Below, one piece after another: positions 17,472 through 27,332 of a stretch of 38,539 bases of DNA. Origin of the DNA: Pseudomonadota bacterium. GTDB lineage: Bacteria > Bdellovibrionota_F > JAHFAK01 > JBDREC01. The notes under the pieces were generated by a model, which was given only the letters and a program-made list of their open reading frames with translations, searched no databases and was not told the DNA's origin. The stretch's first letter is position 1. The number at the start of each line of letters is the position of its first letter. The stretch lies in assembly GCA_043820105.1 (NCBI GenBank), contig JBDREC010000033.1, forward strand, positions 1 to 38,539, written 5' to 3'. A program made the translations under genes and the position numbers.

Positions 17472-18350
17472 TTATTTTAATCCAGCAGAAAGTTTTTTGC
17501 TTACTTCCTTAATATTACTTATGTAGTTTTTTGCAAGAGGATTTACTGAAATAACATGTCCATTAATTTCTTTGGCAATTGCTTTTGCAGAAGTTTCGCT
17601 AAACTGAGCTGAAACAAAAACTTTATTAATATTTTTACTTCTAGCCAGTTTTACAATATTAATTAATTCTTTAGCAGTTGGCTCTTTCCCCCCAATTTCA
17701 ATTGGGATTTGCCTAAGACCGTATTCGTTCGCAAAATATATCCAAGCAGGATGAAAAACAATAAAAGCAGCCCCTTGTTTTTCAGAAAACTGTAATCTTA
17801 TTTCTTTATCAAGTCTTTTTAGTGATAATAAAAGGTTCTTATTGTTTTTAAGGTAAAAATCTTGATTTTCCGGATCAAGACTTATCATGCATAAAGCAAT
17901 ATTCGATGCTATTAGCATTGCATTCTTTGGCGACAACCAAACATGTGGATCATGTCTCTTCTTTTCCCTTTCGTGCACGTGCCCGTGCTCGTGTTCGTTT
18001 TCAATTTCAATAAATTTTACCCCCTTTGAAGCATTGCAAACGTTCATTTTATTATTAAGACTAATTAGTTTGTCTATCCAGGACAACTCAAAGTCAATTC
18101 CTGAGCCAATTTTTATATATAAATCAGCTTTTGATATGTTTTTTAGCTGACTAGGTAGTGGTTCATATGAGTGGGGATTGCCTTGCTTTGGAACCATGAC
18201 AGAAGAGTTAATTAGGTCTTTCCCTATTTGCTCAATAAAAAACTCAAGAGGAAGTATTGATGAGACAATGTTGAGTTTTTCATTTGCAGATAAGGATAAT
18301 TGCATTGTAGTAGATATGATAAGGATTAATATAATGTTTAATGGCTTCAT
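17472..18350 (-). CDS. znuA: Zn ABC transporter substrate-binding protein
   Basis: NPHSYEP, His-rich loop, HDPHVWLSP, FHPAW.YF, GKEPT. Confidence 0.93.
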   Translation of the reverse strand: MKPLNIILILIISTTMQLSLSANEKLNIVSSILPLEFFIEQIGKDLINSSVMVPKQGNPHSYEPLPSQLKNISKADLYIKIGSGIDFELSWIDKLISLNNKMNVCNASKGVKFIEIENEHEHGHVHEREKKRHDPHVWLSPKNAMLIASNIALCMISLDPENQDFYLKNNKNLLLSLKRLDKEIRLQFSEKQGAAFIVFHPAWIYFANEYGLRQIPIEIGGKEPTAKELINIVKLARSKNINKVFVSAQFSETSAKAIAKEINGHVISVNPLAKNYISNIKEVSKKLSAGLK

Positions 18351-18567
18351 TTTAAGGCCTCCAGTTTGTTAACAGGGGCTTAATAGTGGAAAAGCTATAA
18401 TTGGTCAAGTCAAGAGTGAAAGAAGATAATATAAAAAGAACAAAAAGTTGCAATGGGTGTAAAAAAGTGCAAAAAGTGCAAAAAAATACTTGCATTATTT
18501 GCCATTTCAATGATAATCTGATTCTGTTACTTTTTGAATAATGTTGTAAATGCAAAATGGAGGCTAT

Positions 18568-19896
18568 ATGAAAAGTGCTGATGAACTCTTGAAGATCATG
18601 AAAGACGCAAATGTTGACTTTCTTAGGCTACAATTTTCAGATATTTTAGGGGTAAATAAAAATGTTGAGATTCCTGAAAGACAGTTTGAAAAAGCTCTAA
18701 AAGGAGAAATATTATTTGATGGATCTTCAATAGAAGGCTTTGCCAGAATTGAAGAATCAGATATGTTATTGAAACCAGATTTGAATACATTTAGAATTTT
18801 TCCATGGAAGGAAAAAGGTGGAAAAGTTGGAAGGATAATTTGTGATATTTATAATCCAGATCATAGCCCATTTGTGGGTTGCCCTCGTCTTGCCTTAAAA
18901 AAAGTTGTTAAAGAAGCACAAGACTTAGGCTATAGAATGGAAGCAGGTCCAGAAGCTGAATTTTTTCTTTTTTTAAGAAATGAAAATAATAAGCCAACCA
19001 CAGATACCCATGATTCAGGTGGGTATTTTGATTTAACTCCTGTTGATCAAGGAGAAGATGCTCGAAGAGAGATTGTAAATGCCCTGGAATATATGGGTTT
19101 TGAAGTAGAGGCAGCACACCATGAAGTTGCTCCTGGGCAACATGAAATTGATTTTAAACATGAGGAAGCAATTACAACGGCTGATAATGTAGCCACTTTT
19201 AGATTTGTTGTTCGAAAAATTGCAAAAGATTTTGGCTTGCATGCTACTTTTATGCCTAAACCAGTTTTTGGAATAAATGGCTCAGGGATGCATGTTCATC
19301 AGAGCTTGTTTAAAGGAAATCAAAATCAATTTTATGACCCAGAAGGCCAGTATGATGGAATTAGTAAAATTGGTCTGTGGTATATTGGTGGCTTATTACA
19401 ACATGCAAAAGCCCTTTGTGCTATTACAAACCCGTTAATAAATTCTTACAAAAGACTGGTTCCTGGTTATGAAGCTCCTACTCATATCGCCTGGTCAGAA
19501 AGAAATAGATCACCTCTTGTCAGAGTTCCTTCAAAAAGAGGTGAAAGTACAAGATGCGAATTAAGAAATCCTGACCCTGCCTGTAATCCATATTTAGGTT
19601 TAGCTGTTATGCTTAAAGCAGGGCTTGATGGAATTAAAAATCAAATTGATCCACCTCCTGCTGTAAACAAAAATATTTATACTATGAGCCAAAGAGAGCG
19701 CGGTAGATTGAAAATAGGTTCATTGCCACCTAATTTAAATTACGCGATTAAAGAGCTGGAAAAAGATAATGTAATTAAAGATGTTTTAGGGGAACATATT
19801 TTTAGTCATTTTGTTGCTGCTAAAAAACTTGAATGGAAGGATTATCGCTCCCAGGTACACACCTGGGAAGTTGATCGCTATTTAACAGTCTATTAG
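18568..19896 (+). CDS. glnA: Glutamine synthetase type I (I-alpha-like)
   Basis: FDGSSIEGF.RIEESDM, HHEVAPGQHEI, TFMPKP, NGSGMH, SYKRLVPGYEAP, ELRNPDP; GGAGG RBS before ATG 18568. Confidence 0.98.
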   Translation: MKSADELLKIMKDANVDFLRLQFSDILGVNKNVEIPERQFEKALKGEILFDGSSIEGFARIEESDMLLKPDLNTFRIFPWKEKGGKVGRIICDIYNPDHSPFVGCPRLALKKVVKEAQDLGYRMEAGPEAEFFLFLRNENNKPTTDTHDSGGYFDLTPVDQGEDARREIVNALEYMGFEVEAAHHEVAPGQHEIDFKHEEAITTADNVATFRFVVRKIAKDFGLHATFMPKPVFGINGSGMHVHQSLFKGNQNQFYDPEGQYDGISKIGLWYIGGLLQHAKALCAITNPLINSYKRLVPGYEAPTHIAWSERNRSPLVRVPSKRGESTRCELRNPDPACNPYLGLAVMLKAGLDGIKNQIDPPPAVNKNIYTMSQRERGRLKIGSLPPNLNYAIKELEKDNVIKDVLGEHIFSHFVAAKKLEWKDYRSQVHTWEVDRYLTVY

Positions 19897-21911
19897 TTGT
19901 GTTGTTTTCTTCTTATAAAAAACAAGCCCATAAGTGCCAATAATACATAGATTGCTGCATCTTGCTCGCCATTTGCAGGAATCATACCGCAACCTGAGCC
20001 TTGGGCATCAACTGTTGTATCTTCTGTTGCTGCTGAAACATCAGTCTCAGCTCCTGCATCAGCACTTGCATCAGCTGTTGCTTCTTCGCTTGCATCGGCG
20101 GCTGTAGCGTCTGAATCGCCATCATCAGTTGCATCGTCGTCATCAGCATCAGCTACTTCGCCTTCTGCTTCTTCTTCTTCTGCTTCTGCATCTACGATTT
20201 CTTCATCTGCAACCGCTTCTTCATCTGATAAATCAGCTGTTGCTTCTGATTCGCCTAAGCAGCATTGATAGGTTGTTGCAGCTTCATAAATTAAGAATCT
20301 AACTTCACCATAATCATCAGTATTTCTTGCTATAATTATTTCAGATCTTCCATCGCCATCAAAATCACCACATTCAACAGAACTTACAGAAATATCATTA
20401 TCCCAGGTGTCACCAAAATCTAAAGATGGTTGAAATTCTTCATATCCATCGCCATAAACTCTAACTTTTGTTCCACCATCTTCGCCTTGAAGAGCCAGGA
20501 GAGTTTCGTCATTGCCATCACCATTAATGTCGCACATTGAAACCCAGGTTGCATAATATTCAGAATTAAGAGTTGTTCCACCATTAAAAACCCTATAGAA
20601 TTCATCATCTAAGAAAACATATTCTTTTAGTTTTGCATAACTTGCTTCTTCATTTTCTACGCCATATACAAATCTAGACATTGCAACAACATGGTTGTCA
20701 TTATAAGGCTTACCAATTGTAATATGAGTTGGATATGTTGCTGCATTCCAGCCTGTTCCGCCAACTGTACTTGAAGAAACTTCTTGTGTTGATGAATCCC
20801 AATCCCACATGATGAATTTTGCATCAGTTGATCCTGTCGTATAAAAGGATGCTACGAGCTCAATTGGGTCAACATCATCTGGATCATCATCAATTTCGCC
20901 AACAGCTACGCTTGTTGCATAAAAGCTGTCACTGCCAAGCACAGAAGCACCTGAAGTTACAAGGTTATCAAGAACAACAACTTCATCACCATCATAATCT
21001 TCATCATCAAAGTTATCATAAACAATTACTCTTGCTTCATCTGATGCTGTTGTTCGATAGGAAACAACAATTTCATCAATTCCATCACTATCTAAATCAC
21101 CGACTGCAACACCTGTTGCATAAGCATCATCTCTAATACATTCATCTTTAATTTCATCATCGCCTGTTGCTAACGTTGAATCAAGATAAACATCAGCATT
21201 ATCGGTATAATCATTATCACAAGTTGAAATTGCATCTGTTGTATCTCCATCTCCATCTACATCATCAACGTCTTGGGCATAACTAAAATTACCAGTTCCA
21301 CCGCCACCAACGAACTCAACCATTTCCCAAACATTTGTATAGGAATAAACTTTCCATTTAATGAGTTCATTTGAATCATCGTCACTGCCTGTTGTATAAT
21401 TTGAAACAACAAAATCAGCTTTGCCATCACCTGTTACATCACCGCAAGCGATGTCTGTAACATAAGAACTTGCATCCCAGTTTGTTCCTAGTTGGTCCAT
21501 TAATTCAAAGCTTGAGTTTGCATCTTCATAGACATAGATTCTGACTGCATCTTCATCATTTGCCTTTCTGCCAACAATAACTTCATCTCTTCCATCACCA
21601 TCAATATCACAGCCTTTAGCTGCTGTAACAGTGTAGCCAGATGAATACCATTTTCCACCTGAAAATAATAAGTTAACATTTTCAATTTCATCAAAAACTT
21701 CATCAGAGCTGTCTGAAGATGCTGAAGTAACATCACCATCATCGGTATCCCAGGCTGATGTGCCATCATCATTGCAGCCACTTGAATCATTACATCCTTC
21801 ATCAACTGTAGCTGCATTTGAATCTGAATCAGCTTTATTATCGCATGCTATTATTAGCAAAAAAGAAAAAGCCATGATTAGAATAAATACAAGTGTTAAT
21901 AACTTTCTCAT
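19893..21911 (-). CDS. Acidic FG-GAP/VCBS-repeat surface lipoprotein with MYXO-CTERM-like sorting signal
   Basis: Lipobox LIIAC; repeats CDIDGDGRDE, GDVTGDGKAD, GDLDSDGIDE, CDINGDGNDE, GDFDGDGRSE; A/D/E-rich stalk; C-terminal GSGC + hydrophobic helix + RRK. Confidence 0.88.
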   Translation of the reverse strand: MRKLLTLVFILIMAFSFLLIIACDNKADSDSNAATVDEGCNDSSGCNDDGTSAWDTDDGDVTSASSDSSDEVFDEIENVNLLFSGGKWYSSGYTVTAAKGCDIDGDGRDEVIVGRKANDEDAVRIYVYEDANSSFELMDQLGTNWDASSYVTDIACGDVTGDGKADFVVSNYTTGSDDDSNELIKWKVYSYTNVWEMVEFVGGGGTGNFSYAQDVDDVDGDGDTTDAISTCDNDYTDNADVYLDSTLATGDDEIKDECIRDDAYATGVAVGDLDSDGIDEIVVSYRTTASDEARVIVYDNFDDEDYDGDEVVVLDNLVTSGASVLGSDSFYATSVAVGEIDDDPDDVDPIELVASFYTTGSTDAKFIMWDWDSSTQEVSSSTVGGTGWNAATYPTHITIGKPYNDNHVVAMSRFVYGVENEEASYAKLKEYVFLDDEFYRVFNGGTTLNSEYYATWVSMCDINGDGNDETLLALQGEDGGTKVRVYGDGYEEFQPSLDFGDTWDNDISVSSVECGDFDGDGRSEIIIARNTDDYGEVRFLIYEAATTYQCCLGESEATADLSDEEAVADEEIVDAEAEEEEAEGEVADADDDDATDDGDSDATAADASEEATADASADAGAETDVSAATEDTTVDAQGSGCGMIPANGEQDAAIYVLLALMGLFFIRRKQHN

Positions 21912-22086
21912 TGTTATTCTCCCAAAATTATTAAATAATTACTTAGCAACTGCGTCGAAACATACAATAACTAATGTTATGCGTCAAGAAAAAAGTGAAA
22001 AAAGCTAACTAGTTAAGTTTTTATGCTTTTTTGAAAAAAACCAAGACAATGTATTGAAATGATAAATGTTTTTTTGTTTGGTACTA

Positions 22087-24744
22087 TTACCTTTTTATTG
22101 ATGCAATTTTATCAGTGGCTTTTTTATAATATTCATCAGTGGGTTCTAGAAGCTCAATAACCTTTTCATATAATTTTAAAGACTCTTCAACATCATCATA
22201 TCTTTCATGTATCATTGCATTGTGATATGTGTTTTGAGCCTCAACTGAAAGTTCTTCTATGAGCTTATTATATTCATTTTTTGCTTCATCATATTCAGGA
22301 TATTCTTTTAGTATTTCACGAATCATTTCCCTTGATTGTATTTTATCTCCATTTTCCCAAAGAGCTAAAGCGTTTTGGAGCTTTGTTTTAAGCTTTGTTT
22401 TTAAGGAGTCTTCATATGATGAAATTACACTATCAATTCTTATTTTAAATGGAGCGTCCTTAATTTCTTTATAGTTACTTAATTTTTTCAGTTCTAAAAT
22501 TGCCTTATAAATTTGGCCAGCTTTGTAGTATTCTTCTGCTAATTTTAATTGTTCTTCTACAAGCTCTTCAAGCTTTGCGTCCTTTAGGATTTTTTGATAT
22601 GACTTGCTTGTGATATTACTAATTATCTTTAGATATTTGGATGCTATTGCATTGTTTTTGTCACTTTTTTGTACTTCCATGAACGTGCTTTCAGCATCTT
22701 TGTAGTTGTTTTGATTATATTGAGCGAGACCTCGTTTTTCTAGCTTATCAATTTTTGCAAGCTGTGCTTTGCGTTTTTCTTCTTCTGCTTTAAGATTTGT
22801 AATTTCATCTTGAATTTCAAGTGCATTCTTTGATTTTTGAAGCATTGTATAAGCTTCTTCACTTTCTGTATCAAGTTTTAATGCTTGATTAAATTTGTCT
22901 GAAGCTTCTTCAAATTTATGGTCATCATAGAATTTTTTGCCTTCTTCCATGATATAATTATAGCGATTTATTTTATCTGTGATTTCGGAACTATCTTGAG
23001 GGATTTTTTGAATTTCCTGTTCAATGGAAACTTGTTTCGCAGCCTTTTTCTTTTGCTGGGAAACGTTAAGGGCAACAGCTAAGCAGCATATTATAAAAAA
23101 ATAAATAAAAAGTTTTCGCCGGGTTAATTGTAGTTTTTTCATCCAGCCCGGGCGAGCGTCCAGGTTATCTTCTGAAATTTCTTCAAGGGAATTATTATTT
23201 ACTGCAAAGCCATCTGAATTCGCGGTAAAAGTGTTAAACTGTAAATACGCAGCCGCAAAATCTATCCTATCTCCATCAACAAGCTTATGTCTTTTTACTT
23301 TTTTACCATTTATTATTGTGCCATTTGTTGATCCAAGATCAATTAGATAAAAGTCTTGGCCATCTTTAATAATTTTTGCATGATTTCTTGAACAGTTTGG
23401 ATCTGTAACGATAATATCATTGTTTTCCATTCTGCCGATAATTGATTCTTCTTTATCAAGAATAAAAGAATCAGCTTCCTTATCATTATAGTATAAGGTT
23501 AACTTCGGAGAAGAATAATCAAATATCGCGGTTTTTGGAGTATTGCTATTTTCAACAGCTGCAATATCATTGTCTAAGTCTTTACTTATTGGTTCTTGTT
23601 GGTCCGTTAATTCTTCAGAATCAGAAAAATCCAGACCAAAAGCTTCAGCTGAAGCTTCTGCGTTTTCACTATCATCAAGGGTTTGATCATCAAGGGTAAT
23701 TAAATCATCTTCTTGTTCTGGTTCTGGGAAAACATCTTGAGATTCATCGAGAAGTTCAGTTTCATCATTATCACCAGCTTTATCTTGCATAAATGATGGC
23801 TCTGCTGTATCTTCATCTTCGATTTTATCATTATCCTGCATAAATGATGTTTCAGCATCATCAGTGGTTTCACTTTCATCATTATCCTGCATGAAAGAGG
23901 GCTCTGCAGAATCTTCTTCGGCTGGCGCTTTATCTATTATAGAGTCATCATCAAGAAATGAAGAATCTGCTTCTTCCATAAAAGACGATTCTTTTTCTGC
24001 TTGAATTTTTGTTTGAAAGGATTCTTCCTTATTATCATCATCATCATCAAATAAACTATCTTCCTTATCCTGAAAACCAATTTTATCTTCTTTTTCACCA
24101 AGGTAATGCTCATCATCCTCTTCATCAAGCAAAAATTCGTCTTCTTCTTGACCAAGTGTAATTATATCCTCATCTTCTTCTTCATCAGTGTTGCTTTCAT
24201 TTATATCAGGAATAATAAGTTCTGTTTTGTTAGAATCATCTTCATCCTTGTCTTCATGTTTTTCAAGCAGAATTGAATTTTCATTATGCTTTTCTTCAAG
24301 AAGTTCGATTTCATCATTTTCTTTTATAGAATCTTCCCCAAGATCATTTACCTCTTCTTGCTGGTCAAAGAGTTCATCAAGGCCAGTATTTTTACCTTCC
24401 ATTATTGATAAATCATTTGAGTCTTTTATATTATCCAAAACATGTTCATCATTTTCTTTATCATCAGGCTTATGTGGAAGGTCATCCTTTTCTAGAATCT
24501 CGCTTGAAGAAACTGCGAATTCTTCATCTATATCAATTATATCTTGTTCTTCGATTATTACATCATCAATTGCTTTATCAATAAGCGAGCCATCTTCCTC
24601 AAGATTAAAAGAGAAAGTATCTTTTTCAGAGGAGGGTTTGTTTTTTACTTGTTCTTTTGGGGACAGTTCTTTTTCATTTTTATCTTCTTCAAGCTCTGCA
24701 ATCATGTCCTCAAAATTATTATTTGAATTATTATCATCAGCCAT
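22087..24744 (-). CDS. FHA-domain membrane protein with about 400-aa acidic N-terminus and C-terminal TPR-like helices
   Basis: IGR..NDI...D.NCSRNHA..DLGSTNGT FHA; one TM segment; TPR-like repeats. Confidence 0.9.
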   Translation of the reverse strand: MADDNNSNNNFEDMIAELEEDKNEKELSPKEQVKNKPSSEKDTFSFNLEEDGSLIDKAIDDVIIEEQDIIDIDEEFAVSSSEILEKDDLPHKPDDKENDEHVLDNIKDSNDLSIMEGKNTGLDELFDQQEEVNDLGEDSIKENDEIELLEEKHNENSILLEKHEDKDEDDSNKTELIIPDINESNTDEEEDEDIITLGQEEDEFLLDEEDDEHYLGEKEDKIGFQDKEDSLFDDDDDNKEESFQTKIQAEKESSFMEEADSSFLDDDSIIDKAPAEEDSAEPSFMQDNDESETTDDAETSFMQDNDKIEDEDTAEPSFMQDKAGDNDETELLDESQDVFPEPEQEDDLITLDDQTLDDSENAEASAEAFGLDFSDSEELTDQQEPISKDLDNDIAAVENSNTPKTAIFDYSSPKLTLYYNDKEADSFILDKEESIIGRMENNDIIVTDPNCSRNHAKIIKDGQDFYLIDLGSTNGTIINGKKVKRHKLVDGDRIDFAAAYLQFNTFTANSDGFAVNNNSLEEISEDNLDARPGWMKKLQLTRRKLFIYFFIICCLAVALNVSQQKKKAAKQVSIEQEIQKIPQDSSEITDKINRYNYIMEEGKKFYDDHKFEEASDKFNQALKLDTESEEAYTMLQKSKNALEIQDEITNLKAEEEKRKAQLAKIDKLEKRGLAQYNQNNYKDAESTFMEVQKSDKNNAIASKYLKIISNITSKSYQKILKDAKLEELVEEQLKLAEEYYKAGQIYKAILELKKLSNYKEIKDAPFKIRIDSVISSYEDSLKTKLKTKLQNALALWENGDKIQSREMIREILKEYPEYDEAKNEYNKLIEELSVEAQNTYHNAMIHERYDDVEESLKLYEKVIELLEPTDEYYKKATDKIASIKR

Positions 24745-24763
24745 TTTATTTCAATTAAATCCT

Positions 24764-25756
24764 TTAATAAGTTTGTGCGGTTATTTTTTCTAATTCTTCC
24801 AGTGCAGATTTTGCTCTTTTATATAAAGGGTGTTTTTGGTCAGGAATAAGATCAATAACTTGTGAAAAATATTCTTTAGCATCTTGATAATAGCGATTGT
24901 TAAATGATCTTTCACCTTTTGATAAAAGTGTTTTGCCAATTTCATTCATTTCGTTTGTCCATGCTTCTTGTTTCATATGGCTTTTACTGTGATTTGGGTT
25001 ATGTGAAATAATAACTTTTAAAAGCTCTAACGCTTGAAAATAATTACCAGCGTCATGCATAATCACAGCTTTTGCATAAAGTTCTTTTAAGCTAACATTT
25101 TGTCCTTCAAAGGTAAAGCTTTGGGAGGTTTCCTTTGAGTTTAACTTGCTAAGCTTACTTTTTTGGGTTTCTTTAATTGCGGATGGTTTGTTTGTCTGTT
25201 CTTGAGTCTCAGAGATGCTTGTATCTGTCTGAACAGCGGTACTCTTTTTATTTAATATGCCTGATTTAGATAAAAACAATGATCCGAGGACCAGGGCTGA
25301 TACTCCATAAATTATAATTCTTTTCCTGGTTGCGGGGTTCATTTTTTTTGAAGAAGATCCCATTGCAAGATCAGCGCCCGCTGAAATTCCTGCCGCTTGA
25401 TCACCATTAATGCTTGTTCCAAGGATTTGAGCTTGCGTATCTGTTCCTTGGCTTTGTTTTATTCTAACTTGATAATACTCTATTACTGTTTCCCCTATAA
25501 AAACTTTATCTCTTGATTTTAAGGGGGTTTTTCTAACTTTATTTTTATTTACATGAATGCCGTTTCTTGAGCCAAGATCTTCAATATCATAACCTTGTGC
25601 TGTTTTAACAAACCTTGCATGCTGTCTGGAAATGTTTTGTTCGTTAATAAAAAGACTACATTCTTCAGAACGACCAATGGTAATAGCTTCGCCTTTAAGT
25701 TTTAACTGTTTACCCTTTAAATGGCCTTTTATTATTTTTATTCTATGTTCTATCAT
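24764..25756 (-). CDS. FHA-TM-TPR protein
   Basis: IGRS..ISRQHA..DLGSRNG; TM IIIYGVSALVLGSLF; TPR-like C-terminus. Confidence 0.9.
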   Translation of the reverse strand: MIEHRIKIIKGHLKGKQLKLKGEAITIGRSEECSLFINEQNISRQHARFVKTAQGYDIEDLGSRNGIHVNKNKVRKTPLKSRDKVFIGETVIEYYQVRIKQSQGTDTQAQILGTSINGDQAAGISAGADLAMGSSSKKMNPATRKRIIIYGVSALVLGSLFLSKSGILNKKSTAVQTDTSISETQEQTNKPSAIKETQKSKLSKLNSKETSQSFTFEGQNVSLKELYAKAVIMHDAGNYFQALELLKVIISHNPNHSKSHMKQEAWTNEMNEIGKTLLSKGERSFNNRYYQDAKEYFSQVIDLIPDQKHPLYKRAKSALEELEKITAQTY

Positions 25757-25775
25757 AATTTAATATCTTTACATT

Positions 25776-27332
25776 TTACTCTTGTGAAAACAACAATATT
25801 TTTGCAATTATTTGTCCAAAGCTTTCTTTGATTGCCAATGATTGTATTTTAATTATTGACCCAGGTCCTCCAAATTCAAGCTCATCAGGAGCTGGTTCAT
25901 CAATATTATCAGCAATTAATTCGAATTGGCTTTTTAATATATCCAATATTTCAGAGTTTTCAATGGTGTCAAAGACATCATCACCCTTTCCACCATTGCC
26001 TGGTAGCTTTAAAAGAGTAAGGGCTGAGTGATTTGTTAATAGGATAGTATTATTAGGATCCAAAATTATTAAGCCATCTTTACAGTAGTTTATGATTGTT
26101 TCCCATTCAGAGCTCTCATAAAAATTCTGCGAGCCTAATGATGAAGATGATAAGCTTGGTTCTGACCCACTTGCTGAGGCAGCTTGCGATGCGGCTTTTT
26201 CAATGGCCCTGTTCGCACTTTCAATTAATGAACTAAGTTCAGAGAATCCAAGTTTTTCAGAGGCAGATGATTTTAGCCCCTTTATAACATCTTCAATTTC
26301 ATTTCTAGCTCTTCTGATTGGAAAGACTGTAAAGAAATAAATTCCAAGAAATATAATAAGTGCTGGAATAAGCCCAATAACAAAACCCTCTTTTTGGATT
26401 TCTTTCCTGTTCATATGATTATTAATTATTTCCAGGGGATAATAAACAATTTTTGCAATTCCTATTGTTCGGAACTTTGTGTTTTGTTCATCCCATACTT
26501 TGATAGGTGTTGAAAGAATAAAGCTAGAATCTGTATTTAGGTTTTTTAAAAAAGTATCCAGATTCTGATAGTCAGGAAAATCATCAACTAGCTTATCTTG
26601 ATATAGGGCTTCTTTTGAAATGGCATCTGTTATGGTTTGACCAAAACTTGCAGAAGGAGCCCTTATTCTAAGTCTTGTGTCTGCAATGTAGGCTTCTTTA
26701 ACTCCTTGTTCTTGTTTAATGGTGGCTACATCCAAAAGTATGTCATTATGGTTCATAAGAGGAGTTTGATTTTTTTGAGCCAGATATTTAGCTATTATTT
26801 GAGCACGCTTATGAGTTTCAATAAATAATTCCCTGGTCCCCTTTTTTATCAGATAATCAGTAATAAATGAATGGGTAAATAGAATGTAAAGACCAATTAG
26901 AATAGCTGTTTTATATTTCCAATCAAGGATATTAACCCTGGATAAAATTTCTTTTAATGATTTTTTTTCTTCTATGATTTCCTCTTCTGCTTCACCATTT
27001 CCTGACATTTCAAAACCATCTTCAGAGCTTCCAGTTCCAGCTTGTCTAAGGTCAACAATTTTAAAAATATATTCACCAATTATGATTTTATCATTTTCTG
27101 CTAATACTCTTTCATTGATTTTTTCACCATTAACTAAAGTACCATTAGAGCTTTGATTATCAATAACTGAAATTATGCCGGCTTCATTTTTTATTATTGC
27201 ATGTTTTCTGGAAACCCTAACAGAATCCAATGCTATGTCATTTTCTGCAGTTCTTCCAATTGAAATTTGATCCTTAGTGATATTAAATTCTTTGATTGAA
27301 GTGCTTCCAGATACAACTATAAGTTTGGCCAT
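25776..27332 (-). CDS. FHA - TM - periplasmic domain - TM - HAMP-like - PAS-like protein
   Basis: IGRT.ENDI..VSRKHA..SSNGT; two hydrophobic segments; DGLIILD....IL..N..A PAS-like start; no kinase motifs. Confidence 0.85.
   Translation of the reverse strand: MAKLIVVSGSTSIKEFNITKDQISIGRTAENDIALDSVRVSRKHAIIKNEAGIISVIDNQSSNGTLVNGEKINERVLAENDKIIIGEYIFKIVDLRQAGTGSSEDGFEMSGNGEAEEEIIEEKKSLKEILSRVNILDWKYKTAILIGLYILFTHSFITDYLIKKGTRELFIETHKRAQIIAKYLAQKNQTPLMNHNDILLDVATIKQEQGVKEAYIADTRLRIRAPSASFGQTITDAISKEALYQDKLVDDFPDYQNLDTFLKNLNTDSSFILSTPIKVWDEQNTKFRTIGIAKIVYYPLEIINNHMNRKEIQKEGFVIGLIPALIIFLGIYFFTVFPIRRARNEIEDVIKGLKSSASEKLGFSELSSLIESANRAIEKAASQAASASGSEPSLSSSSLGSQNFYESSEWETIINYCKDGLIILDPNNTILLTNHSALTLLKLPGNGGKGDDVFDTIENSEILDILKSQFELIADNIDEPAPDELEFGGPGSIIKIQSLAIKESFGQIIAKILLFSQE

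Noticed and set aside
18491-18504. TGGCAAATAATGCA (minus strand) as a sigma-54 promoter for znuA
   Set aside because: GG-GC spacing is 8 nt, not the required 10.
18505-18530. AATGATAAT as a Zur/Fur box
   Set aside because: Only a half-site; no matching inverted half at the expected spacing.
20420-21817. Met-rich and His/Gln-rich alternative-frame ORFs
   Set aside because: Frame artefacts of GAT-rich codons in the acidic FG-GAP gene.
24188-24793. 201-aa Ser-rich ORF on the + strand
   Set aside because: Antisense shadow of the Asp/Glu-rich FHA gene.
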